Origin: a virus
Taxonomy: Duplodnaviria > Heunggongvirae > Uroviricota > Caudoviricetes
Virus record (IMG/VR): IMGVR_UViG_2744054964_000005
Direction: 5' to 3' (one strand)
Length of the DNA stretch: 21,240 nt
The notes beneath the pieces were generated by a model. It was not told the DNA's origin. It made no database searches and saw only the letters and a list, made by a program, of their open reading frames with translations. Made by a program: the position numbers and the translations under genes. Shown here in pieces: positions 1-8,047 of the stretch. Position 1 is the stretch's first letter. The number at the start of each line of letters is the position of its first letter.

Positions 1-996
1 TTATGGACGCATTATGGACATTCCTGACACCGGGTTAAGAGTCACAGCATCTTGTAAGAAATCCGGTGCAAAGTGTGCGTAGGTCATAGTTTGCTGAATG
101 TTAGAATGACCCAGGATGCGCTGCAATGTGATTATGTTACCTCCATTCATTATAAAATGTGTGGCAAATGTATGCCTCAAAACATGTACTGCTTGTCCGT
201 CAGGTAAATCGGGTTTTACTTCCCTGAGAGCGTTACGCACTTTGTAGTAACTGGCATTAAAAAGCCTGCCTGAATTTTTGGTCTTGATCCGTTTAATCAG
301 GTCCTGCGAAACGGGAATTGTCCTGCGTTTTCCGTTTTTAGTTTTCATAAACGTAACCATCTGGTTAATGATGTGTTCAGCTTTTAAATTAGACACTTCA
401 CTCCAGCGTCCACCAGTAGAAAGGCAGACCAGAGTTGCATTTAATTCATCACCATCAAGCATGGATAACAGCCGCGTAATCTCTTCACTGGACAAAAAAG
501 CCATTTCCGTAACAGCTTCACGTAACCGTTTAATCTCACGGAACGGGTTGTGAGAGTGGTATTCACCGGCGTCAATTAACTTGGTGAACATCCCACTCAT
601 TATTGCCAGATGTCGATTTACGCTGGCTGGTTTTAGACCATCGTTCATCATTACAACGCGATAATCAGTTATCGTTTTCTTTGTTAGCTGGTCAGCTCTG
701 GACACTCCCATTTCTGCAAATTTGGCGATTATTGTCGTTAAACGCCCCCGTTCAATATCTCCACGCTCATGTGATTTTCCGTGATATATCCACCATCTGC
801 CTAACAACTCTGTAAGAGTTCGGCGGTCGGCTGGTTTCTCCAACCACTCTTTGTTGTGGTAGTTAACCAGTACATGACGTTCGAATGCTTGAGCTTCACC
901 TTTAGTTTTAAATTTCCGCCTGATACGTTTTCCATCTGCACCCTGCGGTCTGACGTCCACTTCATAACGACCATCATCGAGCTTTTTAATAGACAT
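1..996 (-). CDS. int: Tyrosine-type site-specific integrase (P2 Int-like), complete; stop codon at 1..3
   Basis: 331-aa ORF with C-terminal catalytic-region motifs (HVLRHTFATHF ... LGHSNIQQTMTYAHF, catalytic Tyr). ATG at 994-996 is preceded on the minus strand by GGAGG with a 5-nt spacer. Position is left of the repressor, as in P2. Confidence 0.9.
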   Translation of the reverse strand: MSIKKLDDGRYEVDVRPQGADGKRIRRKFKTKGEAQAFERHVLVNYHNKEWLEKPADRRTLTELLGRWWIYHGKSHERGDIERGRLTTIIAKFAEMGVSRADQLTKKTITDYRVVMMNDGLKPASVNRHLAIMSGMFTKLIDAGEYHSHNPFREIKRLREAVTEMAFLSSEEITRLLSMLDGDELNATLVCLSTGGRWSEVSNLKAEHIINQMVTFMKTKNGKRRTIPVSQDLIKRIKTKNSGRLFNASYYKVRNALREVKPDLPDGQAVHVLRHTFATHFIMNGGNIITLQRILGHSNIQQTMTYAHFAPDFLQDAVTLNPVSGMSIMRP

Positions 997-1089
997 AAAG
1001 CCCTCCGATGACGCTGTTTACTTCTACTACTTGAAAATTAATGCAATTTTCTTTCGTACATTTACTACACACATATGCTGAATAAATCG

Positions 1090-1389
1090 TCAGCCAGTCT
1101 TCTGGTCTGAGTGGTGCAAGGTTGTTGAGTCTTGCCCAATGTGTGCGAGAGCCGGGGCTATTTGTCCAGCTGCTGGATCTGTTTCATCAAACATGAACCA
1201 GTCACGATACTTGCGAAAGCGTGGATGCTTAAACAGCTTCATACCTGCTTCCATAGGCATTTTTGATTTTCCTGATTCATATCCATGATATGTGTAGTAA
1301 TTAATTCCAATTAATTCAGCAAGTTCCTTAGTTTTAAGGCGTTCGGATTCACGGATGAGCTTTAGTTTCTCACTTTGTTCACTTGACAT
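1090..1389 (-). CDS. C: Immunity repressor, P2 C-like (HTH, 99 aa from the ATG at 1389; the ORF track extends it to a TTG at 1407)
   Basis: Small HTH protein (LAELIGINYYTYHGYESG) transcribed divergently from the early operon and upstream of int on the same strand. The forward CAT at 1387-1389 gives a 99-aa product, which is the P2 C length as I remember it. Confidence 0.75.
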   Translation of the reverse strand: MSSEQSEKLKLIRESERLKTKELAELIGINYYTYHGYESGKSKMPMEAGMKLFKHPRFRKYRDWFMFDETDPAAGQIAPALAHIGQDSTTLHHSDQKTG

Positions 1390-1482
1390 AATTTTGCTAA
1401 TCTCCAATTATATTGTTACTTGGCAATTTGCGATTCACTCAAAAAGGCTCTAGATGGCTCCAGTTGGTGAATCGCAAATCTT
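1390..1482. promoter_or_regulatory. Divergent early promoter/operator region (Pc leftward, Pe rightward) with a 13-bp inverted repeat
   Basis: ATTTGCGATTCAC at about 1426..1438 and its reverse complement GTGAATCGCAAAT at 1467..1479. A minus-strand TATAAT (forward ATTATA, 1407..1412) sits just upstream of the C start. The region lies between the divergent repressor and cox genes. Confidence 0.5.
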
Positions 1483-1854
1483 ATGGAGGATAGCAAAGTG
1501 ACGACAAATGTAGAAATTTCTTGTCCAACTAGCGATGAGGCAAGTTTCGAAAATGAAGCCAAACGTAAAAGCATTCAGATTTCAGAGCGCCCATCTGATT
1601 TGCTGTCGAAAGAAGGTTTTGCTCTTTACATCGGTAAGACACCACGCGCGGTGGCTGAAATGGCTAAAGCAGGCAAGCTGCCAGCCTTCTACATGACAGA
1701 CCCATTAAAACCAAGAGGGAAAGCTGAATTATGGATTAATCGCCGTGAGTGGGACAAGTACGCAGCCCAACTGGTTGATGAAGCTCCGACAGAATGGCAT
1801 GACTGGAAAAATCGCATTAGTTACAGCAAATCAAGACATGGCCGTGCGGCTTAA
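1483..1854 (+). CDS. cox: Cox-like excisionase / early transcriptional regulator (start ambiguous: ATG 1483 or GTG 1498)
   Basis: First gene of the rightward early operon, opposite the repressor. Contains a Cox-like segment (GKLPAFYMTDP). GTG at 1498 has a GGAGGA Shine-Dalgarno 7 nt upstream; ATG at 1483 has none. The product is longer than P2 Cox (91 aa from memory). Confidence 0.6.
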   Translation: MEDSKVTTNVEISCPTSDEASFENEAKRKSIQISERPSDLLSKEGFALYIGKTPRAVAEMAKAGKLPAFYMTDPLKPRGKAELWINRREWDKYAAQLVDEAPTEWHDWKNRISYSKSRHGRAA

Positions 1855-1864
1855 GGTGGAAAGG

Positions 1865-2035
1865 ATGAACGAGCCTCGTTGTATTGCTCAGTTATTGCGT
1901 AACGAAAGCCCCAGGGCGATTGACTTCACCATCACCCACGGTAAGGGGCGTAAGGGAATCATTATCCGCACCAAAAAACAGAGTCCGTTAAAAAAGGCTC
2001 TGACCTTTCTGAAAAGCCGGAGGGTATGGAAATGA
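1865..2035 (+). CDS. Small early-operon protein (P2 orf78 position); start trimmed from the ORF-track 1745 to the ATG at 1865 after the cox stop
   Basis: ATG at 1865 follows the cox stop (TAA 1852-1854) and is preceded by AAGGTGGAAAGG. Its stop overlaps the B start (ATGA at 2032-2035). Confidence 0.4.
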   Translation: MNEPRCIAQLLRNESPRAIDFTITHGKGRKGIIIRTKKQSPLKKALTFLKSRRVWK

Positions 2036-2532
2036 CAGTGATGACGCTCAATCTCGTTGAAAAACAGCCAGCAGCTATGCGCCGGATAATTGGCAAGCAT
2101 CTTGCCGTCCCTCGCTGGCAGGAGACATGTGATTATTATAATCAGATGATGGAGCGCGAACGGCTAACGGTTTGCTTTCATGCACAGTTAAAACAGCGTC
2201 ACGCAACGATGCGTTTTGAAGAAATGAACGACGTCGAACGTGAACGACTGGTTTGTGCAATTGATGAATTGCGTGGCGCATTCTCAAAACGCCGTCAGGT
2301 CGGCGCAAGTGAGTATGCATATATTAGTTTTTTAACAGTCAGTCAGCGTCGTACTTTATTTATGCATGCGGGATTGACAGAAAAAGAATTCAATCAGCCG
2401 TACTGGCGAATTAATGAAGAATCATGTTACTGGCGTGATGCTTTATTCCGTGCATTACGTGAATTATTCAGTCTGTTTGAGTATGCACCGACAATTCTGA
2501 CGTCGGTAAAACCAGAGCAATATCTGCATTAA
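2032..2532 (+). CDS. B: Replication protein B-like (P2 gpB family); 166 aa from the ATG at 2032 (ORF track starts at 2026)
   Basis: Position between cox and the small early ORFs. GGAGGG at 2019-2024 gives a good 7-nt spacer to the ATG at 2032 and an implausible 1-nt spacer to 2026. The resulting 166 aa matches my memory of P2 B. Confidence 0.65.
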   Translation: MTVMTLNLVEKQPAAMRRIIGKHLAVPRWQETCDYYNQMMERERLTVCFHAQLKQRHATMRFEEMNDVERERLVCAIDELRGAFSKRRQVGASEYAYISFLTVSQRRTLFMHAGLTEKEFNQPYWRINEESCYWRDALFRALRELFSLFEYAPTILTSVKPEQYLH

Positions 2533-2595
2533 ATAATTAACCAGAGTTTTTAACGCACTTAATCGTGCGGGGCTTCTTTTTGCCTGGAGAAAGTC

Positions 2596-2820
2596 ATGCA
2601 TACAGTTTCTGAAAATCAGTGCGGTAAATACGCATTACTGCTGCAACAGGCCAGAACCGAAGCACAGGCCGACGCTGCGACGCGCTTTTCTTCTCATCTT
2701 GACGCCATGATTCGCCACATCACAAAGGCGGAGTTATCCCGCGTGGAGATAGTTGAGCTGCTCAGTCAGGAGTCGGAAAAATTTCACAATATCGGATTGT
2801 CTCGCGGGGAGGTGCTTTGA
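2596..2820 (+). CDS. Small early protein (P2 orf80 position), hypothetical
   Basis: 74-aa ORF with GGAGA Shine-Dalgarno; its stop overlaps the next start (TGATG at 2817). Confidence 0.55.
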   Translation: MHTVSENQCGKYALLLQQARTEAQADAATRFSSHLDAMIRHITKAELSRVEIVELLSQESEKFHNIGLSRGEVL

Positions 2821-3122
2821 TGTCCTGTTCTCATTCAGTTGTATTACTGAATAACGCCTTAAAAATCGCCGTTATGGAAAATGGCGATTTGTCTCTTATT
2901 CAACTTCGTCTTGATAAAGAAAAACGCGACATAACTGAATCTGTTATCGCGATTTATCAGAATGAATTAAACCTCCTGTCTGATGTGATCAATTTACTTG
3001 TTAAACGCGCTGTATTCCACAAGCAAATTTCCTCCGTGGATGAACTGACAAAATTAACGACAGAACTCGCCAGTTATTGCGCTGATGAATTTAAGAAGCT
3101 GAACGACAAAAGGAGCTGGTAA
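2817..3122 (+). CDS. Small early protein (P2 orf81 position), hypothetical
   Basis: 101-aa ORF with GGAGG Shine-Dalgarno, translationally coupled to its neighbours. Confidence 0.55.
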   Translation: MMSCSHSVVLLNNALKIAVMENGDLSLIQLRLDKEKRDITESVIAIYQNELNLLSDVINLLVKRAVFHKQISSVDELTKLTTELASYCADEFKKLNDKRSW

Positions 3123-3346
3123 TGCCGGACAACGTAGATTTTATTCAGGAACAACAGGCTGAATTACTGGAGCGCCAGATTAACGCGGCAAGGGTAAAAC
3201 ATTGCTGTGCTTCTGCGCTGGTTTGCGAAGAGTGTGACGCGCCAATACCTGCTGCCCGTCGTGCAGCTTATCCGTCAGCCACGCGTTGTGTTTCCTGTCA
3301 GTCAGTCTTTGAAGCAAAAAACAAACATTACCGGAGAACGGCATGA
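3122..3346 (+). CDS. TraR/DksA-family C4 zinc-finger protein (P2 orf82 position)
   Basis: 74-aa protein with two Cys pairs (CEEC ... CVSC) after a helical N-terminus, as in TraR/DksA proteins; AGGAG Shine-Dalgarno. Confidence 0.7.
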   Translation: MPDNVDFIQEQQAELLERQINAARVKHCCASALVCEECDAPIPAARRAAYPSATRCVSCQSVFEAKNKHYRRTA

Positions 3347-3618
3347 GTATTCGTATTGAAATTGGCGAACGTTATGTCGTTACCAGTGACAGCTTTCAGT
3401 TTATTCTCCACGAGAAAAAGAGAGCGGAAAGCGGTAAAAACGCCGGTCAGGAATGGCTGGCGGTGGTTGGTTATTACCCGAAATTAGGCCAGCTCGTTTC
3501 CGGCCTGATGCATCACGATATTCTGACCGGAAGCGCAAAATCTTTTGCTGATTTAAACGCGCAGGTTGAGCAACTCAGCAAGCGTTGTTCAGAGGCTTTT
3601 GGCTCATATGGCCGTTAA
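3343..3618 (+). CDS. Small early protein (P2 orf83 position), hypothetical; overlaps the start of gene A
   Basis: 91-aa ORF with GGAGAA Shine-Dalgarno, directly upstream of gene A. Confidence 0.55.
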   Translation: MSIRIEIGERYVVTSDSFQFILHEKKRAESGKNAGQEWLAVVGYYPKLGQLVSGLMHHDILTGSAKSFADLNAQVEQLSKRCSEAFGSYGR

Positions 3619-5893
3619 AGCCTCCGGGCGTTTTGTCCCTCCGTCAGCATTTACCGCAGGCACCAGTAAGGCGTTTACCGGTGCTTATGCATGGAACGCG
3701 CCACGCGAGGCTGTCGGGCGCGAAAGACCTCTTACACGTGACGAGATGCGTCAGGTGCAAGGTGTTTTATCCACGATTAACCGCCTGCCTTACTTTTTGC
3801 GCTCGCTGTTTACTTCACGCTATGACTACATCCGGCGCAATAAAAGCCCGGTGCACGGGTTTTATTTCCTCACATCTACTTTTCAGCGTCGTTTATGGCC
3901 GCGCATTGTGCGTGTGAATCAGCGCCATGAAATGAACACCGACGCGTCGTTGCTGTTTCTGGCAGAGCGCGACCAGTATGCGCGCTTGCCGGGGATGAAT
4001 GACAAGGAGCTGAAAAAGTTTGCCGCCCGTATCTCATCGCAGCTTTTCATGATGTATGAGGAACTCTGCGATGCATGGGTTGATGCGCATGGTGAAAAAG
4101 AATCGCTGTTTACGGATGAGGCGCAGGCTCACCTGTATGGTCATGTTGCTGGCGCTGCACGTGCTTTCAATATTTCCCCGCTCTACTGGAAAAAATACCG
4201 TAAAGGACAGATGACCACGAGGCAGGCATATTCTGCCATTGCCCGCCTGTTTAACGATGAGTGGTGGACTCATCAGCTTAAAGGCCAGCGTATGCGCTGG
4301 CATGAGGCGTTACTGATTGCTGTCGGGGAGGTCAATAAAGACCGTTCTCCTTATGCCAGTAAACATGCCATTCGTGATGTGCGTGCGCGCCGCCAGGCAA
4401 ATCTGGAATTTCTTAAATCGTGTGACCTTGAAAACAAGGAAACCGGCGAGCGCATCGACCTTATCAGTAAGGTGATGGGCAGTATTTCTAATCCTGAAAT
4501 TCGCCGGATGGAGCTGATGAACACCATTGCCGGTATTGAGCGTTACGCCGCCGCAGAGGGTGATGTGGGGATGTTTATCACGCTGACCGCGCCGTCAAAG
4601 TATCACCCGACACGTCAGGTCGGAAAAGGCGAAAGTAAAACCGTTCAGCTTAATCACGGCTGGAACGATGAGGCATTTAATCCAAAGGATGCGCAGCGTT
4701 ATCTCTGCCGTATCTGGAGCCTGATGCGCACGGCATTCAAGGATAATGATTTACAGGTCTACGGTTTGCGTGTCGTCGAGCCACACCACGACGGAACGCC
4801 GCACTGGCATATGATGCTTTTTTGTAATTCACGCCAGCGTAACCAGATTATCGAAATCATGCGTCGCTATGCGCTCAAAGAGGATGGCGACGAAAGAGGA
4901 GCCGCGCGAAACCGTTTTCAGGCAAAACACCTTAACCGGGGCGGTGCTGCGGGATATATCGCGAAATACATTTCAAAAAACATCGACGGCTATGCACTGG
5001 ATGGTCAGCTCGATAACGACACCGGCAGGCCGCTGAAAGACACTGCAGCGGCTGTTACCGCATGGGCGTCAACGTGGCGCATCCCGCAATTTAAAACGGT
5101 TGGCCTGCCGACAATGGGGGCTTACCGTGAACTACGCAAATTGCCGCGCGGCGTCAGCATTGCTGATGAGTTTGACGAGCGCGTCGAGGCTGCACGCGCC
5201 GCCGCAGACAGTGGTGATTTTGCGTTGTATATCAGCGCGCAGGGTGGGGCAAATGTCCCGCGCGATTGTCAGACTGTCAGAGTCGCCCGTAGCCCGTCGG
5301 ATGAAGTTAACGAGTACGAGGAAGAAGTCGAGAGAGTGGTCGGCATTTACGCGCCGCATCTCGGCGCGCGTCATATTCATATCACCAGAACGACGGACTG
5401 GCGCATTGTGCCGAAAGTTCCGGTCGTTGAGCCTTTGACTTTAAAAAGCGGCATCGCCGCGCCTCGGAGTCCTGTCAATAACTGTGGAAAGCTCACCGGT
5501 GGTGATACTTCGTTACCGGCTCCCACACCTTCTGAGCACGCCGCAGCAGTGCTTAATCTGGTTGATGACGGTGTTATTGAATGGAATGAACCGGAGGTCG
5601 TGAGGGCGCTCAGGGGCGCATTAAAACACGACCTGCGAACGCCAAACCGTCAGCAAAGAAACGGAAGCCCGTTAAAACCACATGAAATTGCACCATCGGC
5701 CAGACTGACCCGGTCGGAAAGAATGCAAATTACCCGTATCCGCGTTGACCTTGCTCAGAACGGTATCAGGCCGCAGCGATGGGAGCTTGAGGCGCTGGCG
5801 CGTGGCGCGACCATAAATTATGGCGGGGAAAAAGTCACGTATCCGGTCACTGATGAGTGGCCGGGATTCTCAACAGTAATGGAGTGGACATAA
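3608..5893 (+). CDS. A: Rolling-circle replication initiator, P2 gpA family (761 aa from the ATG at 3608; the ORF track begins at a TTG at 3566)
   Basis: Metal-binding HxH-type motif (EPHHDGTPHWHMMLF) and a Tyr-containing motif (GYIAKYISK) typical of rolling-circle Rep proteins. The length from ATG 3608 equals the P2 A length as I remember it. Confidence 0.9.
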   Translation: MAVKASGRFVPPSAFTAGTSKAFTGAYAWNAPREAVGRERPLTRDEMRQVQGVLSTINRLPYFLRSLFTSRYDYIRRNKSPVHGFYFLTSTFQRRLWPRIVRVNQRHEMNTDASLLFLAERDQYARLPGMNDKELKKFAARISSQLFMMYEELCDAWVDAHGEKESLFTDEAQAHLYGHVAGAARAFNISPLYWKKYRKGQMTTRQAYSAIARLFNDEWWTHQLKGQRMRWHEALLIAVGEVNKDRSPYASKHAIRDVRARRQANLEFLKSCDLENKETGERIDLISKVMGSISNPEIRRMELMNTIAGIERYAAAEGDVGMFITLTAPSKYHPTRQVGKGESKTVQLNHGWNDEAFNPKDAQRYLCRIWSLMRTAFKDNDLQVYGLRVVEPHHDGTPHWHMMLFCNSRQRNQIIEIMRRYALKEDGDERGAARNRFQAKHLNRGGAAGYIAKYISKNIDGYALDGQLDNDTGRPLKDTAAAVTAWASTWRIPQFKTVGLPTMGAYRELRKLPRGVSIADEFDERVEAARAAADSGDFALYISAQGGANVPRDCQTVRVARSPSDEVNEYEEEVERVVGIYAPHLGARHIHITRTTDWRIVPKVPVVEPLTLKSGIAAPRSPVNNCGKLTGGDTSLPAPTPSEHAAAVLNLVDDGVIEWNEPEVVRALRGALKHDLRTPNRQQRNGSPLKPHEIAPSARLTRSERMQITRIRVDLAQNGIRPQRWELEALARGATINYGGEKVTYPVTDEWPGFSTVMEWT

Positions 5894-6060
5894 TGGCAAA
5901 AATTCACGCAATATTAGATAATTTCGTACTGTATATATTTAGTGTTATTGAAAAATCTCGACAGAAAGAGCTTTCTGTATTTAATCGTTGCTTGCAGTTT
6001 GGTATTGTTTACCATGATTGTTTGTTAAGTGCTTTAAAGGTGAGGGATGAGCGAGTTTGA
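5893..6060 (+). CDS. Hypothetical 55-aa protein, first ORF of the AT-rich cargo locus (ORF track starts at 5857)
   Basis: ATG overlaps the A stop (TAATG, 5891-5895) and is preceded by GGAGTGG. The ORF is AT-rich and overlaps the start of the 612-aa ORF by 14 nt. Confidence 0.4.
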   Translation: MAKIHAILDNFVLYIFSVIEKSRQKELSVFNRCLQFGIVYHDCLLSALKVRDERV

Positions 6061-7885
6061 TGTTTTTTCTATTTCAGTTGATGATTTTAAAAAAAGTGAA
6101 TACGCCAGTATATTATCATCGCCAAGAAGTTATTCTCATTTTGATATGGAGTCTTATTTTGTTCAGTTGCTGTCATCTTACAAGCAAAAAAACGATGTAA
6201 GTTCTTGGCGGCTTTGCTATTTATTACGTGCGTTGTTTAATTTTAAATTTTCTAGGTCTGGTGATATTATCGGTTTTGAGCCAAAAATCATTCTCTATCC
6301 TGAGAGGGGCTATAGGCCTTCAGATTATAAGGAGAGTTTTTCAACAATATTAACTTGCATTAAAGAAAACTCCGATAATCCTTATATTATATCTAGGGTG
6401 TGTGATGTTTTATGGATAAATAACCGTAAGGATATAGACTCTGCCAATAAAGCAATAGAGTCATATTCTCTAATGGTTAATGATGCTTGCGATACTTTAA
6501 TAGAAAAACAAGAGTCAGGTGATATCCATATTTTTGATGTTGTTGACTGCTTGGATAGAGGTATCGCAATATCGCGCATGCTTATTGGCAGGAAAAAACA
6601 ACTACAAGGGGGGATAGTTGATTCAACATTAAGGTTATATCATGTATTAATAGACTCTGGTATATTCGCCGGTGTATTAAGAGTTTCTGAAATTCTTTAT
6701 AAGAATAATTTATTGTGTCCATTGCAATTGGCTGAGAATGCAGAAAAGATAGCTGATGAGCATTGTGGAGCGTCTTATTTTGATGCAGTGAAAAAATTGT
6801 TTTATTTTGCGTCTGAATTATATGTTAAAAACGATATGGAAGAGCAAGGAAGACGGTGCAGAATTAAAGCGTCAGAAATAACATTGGCTCAATTTGAACA
6901 GTCTTCATCTTCAATATTGAAGGCTCATTGGTTAAGAGTTGCTCTTGGCGAATTTAGAGCAATTGGTGGAATGAATGAAGAAATTAAAAAGATTAGAGAG
7001 GAATTGAATTCTATTCGAGATCAAATCAATGATGAAATGCACTTCTTTGCAATACCAATGGATCTTAGTGATGTTATCGCTCAGAAAGAGCATGTTTATA
7101 ATCAATTGGATTTCTCAAGGGTAATTAAAACTTTAATTGCTAGATTTAAGATTGTAAGTGCCAGTGAAATTATGGAAAGAGCTCGTTCCGATGCTAAAAA
7201 ACATTTTTTTCTTAATATGAGTGAAACGGTTGTTTATGATGATAGAGGGCGCGTTGTAGCAAGTCGTTCACCTTTGGATCCTGCGGGGGATATAAGTTTA
7301 AATGATGCTTGTGCAAATTATTTAAGAACTAGTAACATTGAGCATCAGGTCTATGTTTGTGGTGAGTTTGAAGTCGTTAGGCAAAGTGTGTTGGCTAGGT
7401 ATTCATTAAATGAAAATACATTTGACCCAATCTCACAACAAAGTGCATTTGTTCCACCTGGGTATGCAGAAATATTTTCTTTGGGGTTTTATAAGCTTTG
7501 GCAGGGAGATTATGTGTCTGCGTGTTATTTGTTATTGCCGCAATTGGAGAATTCAATTAGATGGATTTTAGAATTAAGAAGAAAAGAAACAACGAAAATA
7601 GATGTGTCGCTTTTTGAGGAGGCTACTAGCCTATCTCAAATGCTTGCAAATTATAGGAGTGAAATGGAAGGTGTTTTTGATAGTGATCATGTATTGACTA
7701 TGGATTTATTGTTCAATATGAAAGGTGGTGCTGCAATTAGACACACGATGGCTCATGGCAGGTATACTGTAAATCATTGTTATCAACCAACTTCAGTTTT
7801 TGCCTGTGTCTTTATCTTTTATTTAACTTGTTTGCCTTTATTTAGTGTATGGGAAGATAAAGTTGAACCTTATCTGGCTGATTAA
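6047..7885 (+). CDS. Uncharacterised 612-aa cargo protein; candidate HEPN-like anti-phage defence/abortive-infection effector (not Old, not Tin)
   Basis: Long uninterrupted ORF in visibly AT-rich DNA with a GGTGAGGG Shine-Dalgarno. No Walker A (GxxxxGK[ST]) motif. C-terminal IRHTMAHG (R565-x4-H570, nt 7739..7756) fits the HEPN R-x4-6-H signature, followed by a hydrophobic stretch (SVFACVFIFYLTCLPLFSVW). It occupies the P2 orf91/tin/old position between A and cos. Confidence 0.85.
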   Translation: MSEFDVFSISVDDFKKSEYASILSSPRSYSHFDMESYFVQLLSSYKQKNDVSSWRLCYLLRALFNFKFSRSGDIIGFEPKIILYPERGYRPSDYKESFSTILTCIKENSDNPYIISRVCDVLWINNRKDIDSANKAIESYSLMVNDACDTLIEKQESGDIHIFDVVDCLDRGIAISRMLIGRKKQLQGGIVDSTLRLYHVLIDSGIFAGVLRVSEILYKNNLLCPLQLAENAEKIADEHCGASYFDAVKKLFYFASELYVKNDMEEQGRRCRIKASEITLAQFEQSSSSILKAHWLRVALGEFRAIGGMNEEIKKIREELNSIRDQINDEMHFFAIPMDLSDVIAQKEHVYNQLDFSRVIKTLIARFKIVSASEIMERARSDAKKHFFLNMSETVVYDDRGRVVASRSPLDPAGDISLNDACANYLRTSNIEHQVYVCGEFEVVRQSVLARYSLNENTFDPISQQSAFVPPGYAEIFSLGFYKLWQGDYVSACYLLLPQLENSIRWILELRRKETTKIDVSLFEEATSLSQMLANYRSEMEGVFDSDHVLTMDLLFNMKGGAAIRHTMAHGRYTVNHCYQPTSVFACVFIFYLTCLPLFSVWEDKVEPYLAD

Positions 7886-8047
7886 TGGAAGTTGATTTAG
7901 GTATTTTGGCATTTATCTTTCTGCGTGCAATATGTGCATGGTTTTGCATGTGCCGGAGTTGCATGTTCCGGCCGTGCGTCCGCCAGGACGGGCGTGGCTC
8001 AAAAGCGGTATTGCACCTGCATTAAAACCGCCCCACGAAGCGGGCGG

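Noticed and set aside
278-815. Plus-strand ORFs 278..553 and 603..815 inside the integrase gene
   Set aside because: Antisense to a complete, motif-supported integrase gene.
1745-1864. N-terminal 40 codons of ORF 1745..2035, which overlap the 3' end of cox
   Set aside because: A better start (ATG at 1865 with an upstream purine-rich ribosome-binding site) lies just after the cox stop; the long overlap is probably ORF-finder extension.
3585-3917. 110-aa ORF in an alternative frame at the start of gene A, plus other intragenic ORFs in A (4034..4303, 5100..5438, 5132..5380)
   Set aside because: They overlap the strongly supported gpA frame, and their Arg/Cys-rich products look non-biological.
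6047-7885. Possibility that the 612-aa cargo protein is P2 Old (OLD-family ATPase/nuclease) or Tin
   Set aside because: No Walker A/P-loop motif anywhere in the protein and no recognisable TOPRIM-like acidic motifs; the size is similar to Old but the sequence features do not fit.
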